A stretch of 64,000 nucleotides of DNA from Lama guanicoe (Eukaryota). Both the position numbers and the translations under genes were made by a program. Location of the stretch: positions 3,473,225 through 3,537,224 of the forward strand of contig MU055269.1 of the NCBI GenBank assembly GCA_013239625.1. Reading direction: 5' to 3'. Shown here one piece after another: positions 12,651 through 22,958 of the stretch (positions are counted from its first letter, which is position 1; each line of letters begins with the position of its first letter). The notes beneath the pieces were generated by a model. It was not told the origin of the DNA. It searched no databases and saw only the letters and a program-made list of their open reading frames with translations.

Positions 12651-13439
12651 TAGTGGCACCTGAAAAGTGTCCTGACACCCACAAGACACCCGCAGGGGAG
12701 ACCTGTGCCTGAAACAACAGATTTCAGCCTTGTTGAGTCGAGGCCGCTGGGAGGAACCGATAAACGGCGGAGGTGACGTGGGCATCGCTCCCTCTGGGCC
12801 CCTTCCTATTATTTAATATCGCACCCCGAGGAGCCAGCGAAACCCACTGTTGGGTCAAATGTCTCACCCCCACCCCTTTCCCCGGGTCCCGAGCACCCAC
12901 CCGCGCGTCCTGCGGGCCTCCTGGTCCCCGCGGCAGACAAGTCTTTTGCTTTGGGTTTATTTTAAACCACATAGGGTGTCGTGCAATAGATTTATGATTT
13001 TATACACCATACATTTTAGCCGCCCTAACACTCCAGTCCCTTCCATCCAAGGCCAACACAAAAATATGGTCCTGTTTTGGCCACTGAACTGCGCCAAGGA
13101 AAAGCAGGAGAGTTTGAAAGCGTAAAGTGTAAAGTGAAACAGCCCGGCGTTGGAGCGGCTTCCCCGAGCACCAGCTTTCAGCTCTCAGACCAGCCCCCAC
13201 CCCTCATTGGTTAGAAACCCGAAAATCGCGCACCCCCAAAGGCCCCTGACCCCCTGGGGCGGGCCACTGGCCGGCGGCTGAAAGCCCGGGGTGGGGGTCG
13301 CGGTTCTCCACGCCCCCCCACCTCCCCACACACGCTAAGCCAGCCATGCAACAGGCAATCTGGGTCGTTCAGATATTTACAGAATAAAAATGACAATAAC
13401 TCCACGTCCCGGGACTGCCATGCAATCTGTTAGTAATTT

Positions 13440-13930
13440 AGCGGGATGGGAATTTCCTTTCTCCGGCCTGCCAGTGGAAGCGCTTTTCCAAATTTCCACA
13501 GCGGGGGAAGCCTGCGATTTTACATAATGACTTCAGCATGCAGGGCCCTCTCGGCACCCTCGTCGTCTCCTGGCCCTCCCCCTCGGCTCCCTCATTAAAG
13601 CAGAGCGTGATTCTCTCAGGACACCGCGTGGACCCAGGCATCCGGGCTGGTCCGGAGGCCGGGTGCGCCCAGTCGGCCCCGCGTGCGCCCCTGCTCGCCC
13701 AGTGAGCCCCAGCCCGCCCCCCTTGCGCCCTGCGGGCCGGGCGAGCGGCGCCCCGCGCAGGGAGGGGCGGGAGCTCGGCGACTGGTCCCCCGGGCTCAGC
13801 GCCGGCTCGGGCGGGCGGGGGCGTGATGTCACGGCAGGGAGGGGGCGCGGGAGCGGCCGGGCCGGCGGGGAGGAGGGGGAGGTATTTTCCAGCTTTAAAA
13901 AGGCAGGAGGCAGAGCGCGGCCCTGCGTCA
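13440..13930 (+). promoter_or_regulatory. NFATC1: NFATC1 P1 (inducible, auto-regulated) promoter
   Basis: Distal block: kB site GGGAATTTCC (13448-13457), tandem NFAT sites TTTTCCA/ATTTCCA (13484-13498) and CRE/AP-1-like TGACTTCA (13528-13535). Proximal block: GC boxes, CRE-like TGATGTCA (13824-13831), NFAT site TTTTCCA (13885-13891) and TATA-like TTTAAAAA (13894-13901). This matches the known P1 architecture and lies in a CpG island of about 13200-14700. Confidence 0.85.
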
Positions 13931-14263
13931 GAGCGAGACTTAGAGACTCCGAACTCGCCGGCACAGTCACCGCGCCGGGGCGGGCGGCCGGGCGCGGGGA
14001 CCCGGGCGCGGGCGCACACCTCCGAGCCCCCGCCACCCGCCACCCTGCTCGGGTCCCAGGGCCGCAGCCCGGCCCCGCCACGCGCGCACACGCCCCTCGT
14101 AACATTTCCCCGGGGTGCGCGGCGCTGAGCCCGGACCGACACGCGTCCGCAGGGGGCGAGGGCGCCTTCCTCCCGAGACGCGACCCCGGGCGGCGGCGCG
14201 GGGCGCCCGCGCCTCCCGCTCCTCCTCCTGCTCCTCCTGCTCCCCTCCGCCGCTGCCGCGTGG

Positions 14264-14390
14264 ATGCCAAGTACCAGTTTTCCAGTCCCTTCCAAGTTTC
14301 CACTCGGCCCTCCGGCTGCAGTCTGCGGGAGCGGAGAAACTTTGGGGCCCTCGCTGCCCGCCGGCGGCACCATGAAGTCCGCAGAGGAAG
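14264..14390 (+). CDS. NFATC1: NFATC1 alternative first exon (alpha peptide), coding part
   Basis: MPSTSFPVPSKFPLGPPAAVCGSGETLGPSLPAGGTMKSAEE; 127 nt, phase 1, donor GAAG|gtaagc at 14391. Confidence 0.97.
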
Positions 14391-17300
14391 GTAAGCTGGC
14401 GCGGCCGCAGCCCCTCACTGCGGCCCCCAGGCCCCCAGCCCCGCGCCCCCAGCCCCGCGCCCTCCGCGCCTGTCCGGTCTGCTCCTGGCCGGGTCCCGTC
14501 CCGGGGAGGGGCGAGCAGGCCGGGCCAGGGTCTGCGCGCAGGGAGGGGCGCGGGCGGCCCGGCGCGCGGCGGGCGCGCTGCACAGATTGGGAAGCGGTGT
14601 CCCCCTGGTGTTTCCCCAGAGCAGCCCTGATTTCGAGCGCGCCTTCTTGCCAATAGGTGTCTCCTCTTCTCTAGCGCTGAGTGCGCGCTCTTGGCCTTCG
14701 CTGGTGCAGCCTCGCGGCGGTAGAAACTCAGTTCAAATGCAGGCGGCTTGAGGACGGGGCGAGATTAGGGCCGTCAGAACTAGGAAGGAAAGACACTTTG
14801 GGAAGAAGTGAGGTTTCTTTGGGAAAGGAGTATGGCCCAGTTACTTCCCCAGTGGGGCAAGGTCACCCTGTGTCTTCGAAGACTGGCCATACAGCGAAGT
14901 GTGGGGGTTCTGCGCCCCTCCACGGGCTTAGTCAGTTGGGGGTTCTCTCCGAGAGCTGGGTCCCCGAACTGCCTCCAGCCAGAGCCGCTCCGGGCCGCGC
15001 CATCAGGCTGGGGGCCCGACCCGCAGGATTAAAAGCCATTGAAGGTACTGTTGCGCACAGCCCCTAATTCAAGCCATGTTGCAGACTTATAGGATTCATA
15101 ATCTTACACAATCATAAGACTTGAGAGTTCCAACTGTAGAAAATGTTTCAGGACATTTGGAAAAGGGACCGCCAAGTTTCAAGCTACTTGCTTAGAGTCA
15201 GGAAGATAGCTTAAGAGTCTGCCCCGAAACCTGGTGATGGCAAGGCGCTGGCCACCCTCGCGTGCAGCCTCAGGTCCACAGGTTCCCTCTCCCTCCCTTA
15301 AAAGAAGCACTCCTGGGACCCAAGCAGCCCACAGCTCCTACTGGTTGGTGTTCCTGCAGGTGTCTGAAAATAGCCTGGGAAAGGGTGACCAGCATCCTAG
15401 TTAGGGATGACGATGGCAAATACGTGGTAGAAACTGGGAGACACCTTTCCAAGTGCCTTATCAGTGCTGAAGTATTTTATTTAAATTATTTTAAGAAAAC
15501 TGCCAAGCCTGCCAATGCGTAGTGAGTGCTTTTGGTTTATAAGGGCAGACACCCTGCTGGGGAGTGCCAGAAACTCAATGCTGTTGCCTCCTGCATGGTT
15601 CTAATAAATGCAATGGCTACACTGCCATTTGCAAAGACAGCCAGCTTGGGGTAACGTCCCCATGTTCAGCAGACATGAGCTCAAGCCCACACACTCAATA
15701 CAGGAAGGCCGATGTGGTCAGGGTCCTGCTGTCTTAGGTTATTTCTACGTGTTGTGCATCACGGAAGGTTATCTTATGTTCCTTACATTTCACCCCAATT
15801 TAGAACATGGTTAAATGTAAACTTTGGGTAAAGTTTACAGGATGAGCTCTTACTATGAAAAGATTTTTTAAAAAAATTGTTGAGGTTTTGATTTGAAATC
15901 TTTGGACACGTATTTCAAAGTTTTCTCCACATATTCCTCTTATCATTGCTTTGAAAAATGTGGGTCTTTCAAAGGTTAGATTTCTTGAACAGTCGGTGGT
16001 CTGTCTGCAATAATCTTTTCTCTTACAAGAGGAGCAGGCATCTCTGGGGGTGCTGTTTACTGTTCATGTTTCCTACTTAAGGAAACACGTAAGGTGCCTC
16101 TGCTAAGACACAGCCCCCCGGTCCCAGGGATGCGCTTTGACTGAACACATATGTGTATTTTATAAGGACTGCAGAATTAGGCTTACCAGAATGTATGATC
16201 TAATCCTTCCCATCGACAGGCGCTGGACAGAGAGGCAGAGCCCTCCCTGCAGGTCCACGCCTGCCTGGCTGAGGGCTGGGGGACTGTATCTGGCCCTTCC
16301 CCGCAGGCCCGGCCAGGCCCTCGGTGCCCAGCGACACACTCGGCGATTCCCAGCACTGCCCTCCAGTTTAATGAGCATCTGGTTAGAGCTCATTAGGCGC
16401 TGTTGCTTCTGAAGGCCCCGCGCTTGTTTTTCCGCGTGGGGAAGGCAGAGAAATGCAGGCCTTGTAGGTACACCCACCCACCCGCTCAGAGGTTGCTCCA
16501 CACAGAATGCCCGGGGCTCTCCAGAACAGAACAAAGCCCGCCCTGTTCTCCCGCCACTTAACTCCGTGGCGTTGTTTCCTAACCCAGATTAGTGAGGGCC
16601 TGCTGCTCTGTCACACCCAGTGCTGGAGCTCTGTGCCCCGTGCACACCCTCCGCCTCTGAGAGGAAGCGCCAAGCTAAACATTTCCATCAAGACAGGAGT
16701 GTCTGCTGAATTGGCAAATAACTCCAAACCATTTACGAGATGAAAGGCACTAGGGGGGTGCTGGTAAGAGGAGCAGTTAAAAAACAGCCACCCTATCTGG
16801 TTACCTTGGTTGGGGATCTAAATCTGATGGTGGGGGGGGTCAACTCAGCCTCAGGATAAAGCCGTCCTGAGTCGTGAGCCTGAGGGGCTCAGGTGCCCCC
16901 GACGGGTAAACCCACATTTTCCTGGACAGAACAGTTCAGCAAAAAGTTTAACTGATGGTAAGGGCTGTTTTTGTGAGTAAGTTTTTGGTGAGAGTGAGAA
17001 GGTGGCTGAAGTTAAAAGAGAGAGAGAGAGAAAATGAAATGGTGCGGCTTCTGAACGGAAAACAGAACTTCCATTTGCCTGAAGGTCAGCAAGAAACGCA
17101 AACTGCAACAAAACAGCCCTCCAACATACATCTCAAAGTTAGAGCTATTATTAGAAACTAAATCAGGCCAAAGTGAACTATAGTTTATCACTGGAGAAAA
17201 GCAGGCATTTGAAAAGGGTCATGAGAGGGAAGTTTTTTGGGGGGGGTGGTCATGTGATTCGCAGGTTATCTGCTTCCGGAAAAAGCTATACCCCGGGGAC

Positions 17301-18645
17301 CAGCGGGCCCGCAGGGCAGAGAGGAGGACACGGTTTAATTCTGCAGAGTTGCAAAAATGGACACTTGTGTCACCCTCCTCCTTTCTGATTCCATTCCCCC
17401 TCCGCATGTGATCCCTAGCTTCTCAGTCCTCTGCCATCATTCTCGTGCTGTTCCAGACGCTGGTTTCGCAGGTGCCAAGCCCCCGGGGCAAGTCAGAATA
17501 AAGCAGAAGGGGAGAGAAGTCCCTCAGACGGGCCTAGCTTTGTGTACTGGCTCTGCGCGGACCCGCTGCTCTGCGCCCTGGCCTTGGGTGGAACCCGGCG
17601 CTCTTCCTGCCCTTGGTCAGTCTCTGGGCGCTTTGGAGGCGCTCACGGATGGTGGGCAGGCTGCTTGTGCGCGCAAAGGCGTCAGTACGTATTTCAGGAA
17701 GCTGAGGGACCCACGTGAACGGCTTTACAAAAAAGAAGGGTTGCCAGTTAGGGGCCAGCCTGCAAGTGAAAGGCCGCGCGTAAGCGTGGACAGCCGTGAG
17801 CAGCAGCGCCGCTCCACTGTGCAAAGGAGAGCGCGGCCCCAGTGCCTCCAAACCTCCCACCTCCCTGACTCCTTCGGGTGGCGTCTTCAGCTTCGAGGGC
17901 TGGAAAACCGTGTTCCCTGTGTGCGTTGCTCGGGTTAGGGGAGAAGCGTGCTCCTTCGAAAGCGAGCCCTGCTATCCAGGGGCTTCCACTCGGGGCCCAG
18001 GCTGCGGGGCTCCGGCAGGACGTGCGCGTCGTACACTCGCAGCAGCAGAGCCCGGCTGCTCCTCCCCCTGGAAGCGGCCCAGCAGCTGGAGGCCCCTCGG
18101 GGCGAGTTCAGCAGGCCGGCGGACGGCGTCCGCAGCTCTTTGAGACGCGGTCATTGAGCTTCGCGTCCCTCCGTCTTCGGGAGGCGCGAGCCAGGCCCGC
18201 TAGCCGGTCGGGGCGGCGCGCTCCACGCAGAGATCCGAGCCGCGCGAGCCGGCTGCCGGGCTGGCGGGCGGGGGTCCACGGCCCGCTCTCGTCCCCGCCC
18301 CCTGCCCCTCCCCGCCCGGCTGCGGCCGCACTGGCCCTCAGGCCCGGGGGCGGACGGAGGAGGCTGGACCCCGAGTCTCCCCACCTCCCGGGCGCACGTG
18401 TACGCCCCTCCCCCCGCGCGGACCCAGGGGACCTTCTGGGGTGTCGCTTGCGCGGGGGCGCGGACCCCTAGAGCTGCCCGGGGACCCCGGCGCGGGTGCG
18501 GGCGCCGGGAGCTGGGACACCAGTGAGAGGCGTGCGCTCCAGCTCGCTCGGAGAGTTTATTTAAAACTCGGAAGCCGGCGGCCGGCGAGCCCCTTCTTTA
18601 TGTAAACCCGGAAACAGCGGGGGGAGGGGCGCGGCGGGGGAGGGC

Positions 18646-18901
18646 NNNNNNNNNNNNNNNNNNNNNNNNNNNNNNNNNNNNNNNNNNNNNNNNNNNNNNN
18701 NNNNNNNNNNNNNNNNNNNNNNNNNNNNNNNNNNNNNNNNNNNNNNNNNNNNNNNNNNNNNNNNNNNNNNNNNNNNNNNNNNNNNNNNNNNNNNNNNNNN
18801 NNNNNNNNNNNNNNNNNNNNNNNNNNNNNNNNNNNNNNNNNNNNNNNNNNNNNNNNNNNNNNNNNNNNNNNNNNNNNNNNNNNNNNNNNNNNNNNNNNNN
18901 N
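18646..18901. other. Assembly gap (N run) in the P2 CpG island
   Basis: Run of N. Other gaps are at 21216-21348, 42562-42729 and 53240-53478. Confidence 0.99.
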
Positions 18902-19014
18902 CGACCCGGTCCCCGACCAGGACCCCTGACCTAGAACTCGGACACCGACCCTGGACCCCCGACCTCGTACCCGAACCCCGACCCTGACCCCCTGACCCCC
19001 GACCCTGACCCAAC

Positions 19015-19105
19015 ATGACGGGGCTGGAGGAGGACCAGGAATTCGACTTTGATTTCCTCTTCGAGTTTAACCAGAGCGACGAGGGCGCCGCCGCGGCCAC
19101 CGCAG
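19015..19105 (+). CDS. NFATC1: NFATC1 alternative first exon (beta peptide), coding part
   Basis: MTGLEEDQEFDFDFLFEFNQSDEGAAAATA; 91 nt, phase 1 (compatible with the next exon), donor GCAG|gtgggt at 19106. Confidence 0.96.
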
Positions 19106-20812
19106 GTGGGTCCGTGCGGGGCCCGGGCACGGGGGCCGGGGGCGCGGAGTCGGGCGGGCCGGATCCGGGTCCGGAGAGCCCGCCTCAGGGGCGCGCAGTG
19201 GCGCCCGCCCCTCTGCCCAAGGCGCCCCCCAGTCGCCTGTCCCCCCTCGGCTTCGCTCAGGGAGGGGCACCGAGGGGCCGGCGGAAAACAAATCAAGTTG
19301 AGGGGCAAGTGTAGAGAGGCCCCTTTCGGGGCGGTAGGGTCCCCTAGTGTGCTAGACTCGGGGCCTCACTCCAGTTGGGTCCCGAGCATGATCGGAGCGG
19401 GGAGCCTCCTGTTTGGGGCGGGGTGGCGCTCTCGCCAAGGGACGGAGTGTCCCCGATCCTGGACTTGAACGCAAGTGAGGCGGGGCCGAGACCCTCAGGT
19501 CTGCCCCCTTGCGCTCCCTGTGAGGTCAGCCGCCCTCTCCCTGTAAGTTAACAGCGGAACTAGCCTCGGACCACCAAGTGCGGGCCTTTTCTTTCTTTCG
19601 TTTTCTCTTCCCTGTCAAAAATAAGGCTTCCACTTACACAGCAGGTAAAAGAGCCCTCCAGCCCCCCAGGGCGCCCCCAGGGTGCTGGCTGTTAGGTAAG
19701 CCTAGGCCCTTGAGTATCAGACCCGCATTACAGGAAGACGGTCTGTGCGGGGGGCCGCCCTGAGTGGAAGTCACTACAGCCCCTCCTTGCAGCTGGGCTC
19801 TCCCCCACCTGTCTCTTCTGTCCTCTGTCGCCCTCCTTTCTGTGTCTGTCTTCAATATATTCCCTCTGTCCCTGCCCACGTGGCGGTGTGGTGGAGAAGC
19901 TGAGCCCAGCACACTTGGCACGGGCAGGCGCTGGTTTCTGCAATGACTGTATAATATTTTCCGTATCATTCACCGTCCCTCTTTTAAAAGTGCAACGTCC
20001 TGCTCATTTAAAAAAAAATAAATGTTCCAACCAGGCCGAGGCTGCCTGATCTTTCTTATCTGCCCTTTCTGAACGTCTTCTCTTTTCCTCCTCCTTGGCT
20101 CAGGGTCTTCAGGCCTCTGGAGTCAGTGGGAGCCAAGGCCCCTGAGGCTGGAGAGAGAGGTGGCTGCTTGAAAGAGACTTGGGGCCGGAAGTGGAGAAAC
20201 GGCCTGGAGGCGCCATGCCCCTGCTTGGGCGGCGGGGCGGCGGGGCTGCCCGTGGCAGGTCCTGGATGTTCCTGGGCTGCTTCTCTTCTGGTGTCCACCC
20301 CCCACCCCTTTCAGTCACTCAGTAAATACATTTAAGGAGAGGTGCTCTGTGGAGGTGGGGGCCACACTCCTGACCTCTTCATGGAGTGAAAGCCGCCCAG
20401 ACAGAGACTTCCACTGCGAGTTCTGTGTCCCCAGGGCTGTGCTGCGCTGGGAGGCCAGCCTGGTGCGTGCAGGGGTCCTGTGGTCATGGAGCTTTCTGAG
20501 TTGTGGAGGCCTCGTGGCCTCCCTGTGCCTCTTTGTGTGTTTGCTCCTGCGGACAGACAGGTGCCTTTTAAGCATCTCTGCCAACTGTGTGCCCCTCCCA
20601 TCTCAACCCCCCTGTTAAAGCCTCCTGTGGGAAGGCCCCGGGGCGCCAGCACCTGGGGCCCAGCATTCTCCAGCTTTGGGGGCGGGGAGGCCTTAGGCAG
20701 CTGGAGAGTGTTCTGGGCAGAGATGGAAAGGGCTCCTTCCTCTTGTCATAGTGTTAGAAAGAAGTTGATAGAAAACATGCCTTTTTATATATTTCTGTGA
20801 GAAACACATAAC

Positions 20813-21420
20813 TTTTTTCTTTTTTATTAAGACTTTTCAGAGCAGTTTTAGGTTCACAGCAGAACTGAGAGGAAGGGACAGGTTTTCCCAGGTGCCCTCT
20901 GCCCCGATGGGGGCACAGACTCCCTCCCTATTAGCACCCCCACCAGAGGTTGCGTTTGTACTGTTGTTGGACCTACACTGACACGTCATCACCACCCAGA
21001 GTCCTTAGGTTCACAGGGTTCACTCTGGGTGCTGAATGCTCTGTGGGTTTGGATGAATACATAGTGACTCGTATCCAGGATAATTGTCACCAGAGGAGTG
21101 TCACTGCCCTGAAAACCCTCTGTGCTCCACCTGGTCCTCCCTCCTGCGAAACCTTGGCACCACTGATCTGTTCACTGTGTCTGTATTTTTGTCTTTTCCA
21201 AAATGGCCTATAGTTNNNNNNNNNNNNNNNNNNNNNNNNNNNNNNNNNNNNNNNNNNNNNNNNNNNNNNNNNNNNNNNNNNNNNNNNNNNNNNNNNNNNN
21301 NNNNNNNNNNNNNNNNNNNNNNNNNNNNNNNNNNNNNNNNNNNNNNNNGAGTTTATTTACCCATTCAGTTCCCAAAGGACATCTTGGTTGCCTCCAAGTT
21401 TTGGTAATTGCGTGAATAAA
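20813..21420 (-). mobile_element. L1MC1/2-type LINE-1 3' end (contains an N-gap)
   Basis: A T-tail is followed by gacttttcagagcagttttaggttcacagcagaactgag...cacccccaccagag...gacctacactgacacgtcatcaccacccagagtcc...agggttcactctgggtg...cactgccctgaaaaccctctgtgctcc...caccactgatctg, the reverse complement of the L1MC1 3' UTR. Confidence 0.88.
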
Positions 21421-22920
21421 GTACTTTCTTCTTCTCATTAATTATTACAGAACATTGTGCTTGTTAGTTATTGGGTTACTGATCACATTGTATATTAGAT
21501 TATTAGAATGAATTCTCCAGCTCTGGATAGGTGACAGAAATGGCTTCACATTATTTCTGGAACCAGCCTGGATAGGAACAAATGAATGAATGACTAAATC
21601 TGAGATAGATTGTGAAGTGAGGTAACATAGAGCGTTACAGGTTGAACTAAAAATGGGCACTTTGTCAAAAGGACATGGCCAGCCTTGAGCACAGGGCCCC
21701 TGGTCTCTGTCGCGATTCTTCCTGAGCCCAGGGGGGGTGTCCTCTAAACTGTCACCCTGTCACTCACACCCCTTCATGCGCTGAGGCGTGTGGCACCCAG
21801 CGGTTCAAGGGGGCAACTGGGTCCTGGAGTTCCTTTTTGCTAGAGTGCTCAGCAGGTGCAAATAGACAGTCGGGAACCGTTTGTTGGGAGAAAGACAAGA
21901 GAACTTTTTAAATGATCTTCCCAGGGCTGGGCGGGGGTGTTTGCGCTCTGGAGGCCTCGGCGTCTTCCTGTCTCCGCGCCCCAGTCCTCTGGGGAGCGGC
22001 TGGGCAGAGGGCTTGCCTGTCTGGAGAGCGGGCAGAAGGCCTCCTGTTTCTCTCTGGGTCTCAGGAAATAGTGGCTCTGCTGACAGCCACGGCGGGCGTG
22101 GCCCCGCTTCCCGCCCCAGGCTCCTGTTTTCTAAGTTATTTTGGCCACGCTCTGCCCGACTGTCGCCGTGGCAACCCAGGAGGAAGCTGGCCGGCCCCTG
22201 GAGGCTCCCAGCACCGGGCCACCTCACGGCCTCCGCGAAGGCGGGTGGTTAGCTGCCTTCACTGCTCGAGAGTGGCGTTTCCCGGCTCACACGTGAAACG
22301 GACGTCTTCTGAGAAAGTGAAGGTGTGGAGGCGTTTCTGTTCTCCATTGCGTTCTCAGCGGTGGAGCTGTTGATGCCAGCCCGTCCAGCCCAGGAGGGCA
22401 CGCGGGCATGGCCTGCGATGCACCTGCTCTGGGGCGGAGAGGCCCGGGGACACCGGACACCGGAGTGGAGGCGCCCTGTCTTTAATATGAGCAGCCCCGC
22501 CACCCTCAACTTACCCCAAAGCCCCAGAGAGGTTTCCACCAGCGGTGGCTCTCTGTAGAGGAATTCTCTGTGTGTCTGTCAGGGGAAGACCACAGCTAGT
22601 AACGGACAGCTTGGATGCTTTTAATTCCTTAAAAATGGTGTGAGAAGGGGAAGATCTTAGCCGATGAGATTCGGCCATCGGGGGCCTGTGGGAGGAAGGA
22701 GGTGTGTGAGGGCAGGCCTGCTTGTTGGCCGCCCGGACGAGCCATTCTGTTTGCCTTTGTAAACCTTCTCCCTGGCAGGCGACTGGGTGACCGGTGCCCT
22801 CAAAGCTGTGTCTGTCTGTCACCCACGGGCCTGCCCCACCCCAGCCGCCCTCAGGCAGTGCCTCACGCCTGCTCAGTAAACAGCTCCCAGCAGAAAACGC
22901 CTGGCATGGAGCGTCTTTGG

Positions 22921-22958
22921 TGTTGTTTTGTTTTGTTTTGTTTTGTTTTGTTTTGTTT
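22921..22958. repeat. (TTTTG)n pentanucleotide microsatellite
   Basis: tgttgttttgttttgttttgttttgttttgttttgttt. Confidence 0.9.

Larger units (their letters stand above)
17950..19500 (+). promoter_or_regulatory. NFATC1: CpG island with NFATC1 P2 promoter
   Basis: Dense CpG around the beta exon. AT-rich TTTATTTAAAA (18556-18566), TGTAAAC, CCGGAAA and GC boxes lie just before an N-gap, which probably hides the TSS region. Confidence 0.75.

Noticed and set aside
13438-14583. 381-aa minus-strand ORF across the P1 promoter, and overlapping 228-256-aa ORFs
   Set aside because: Low-complexity Arg/Pro/Gly/Ala translations typical of stop-poor CpG islands, with no recognisable domain.
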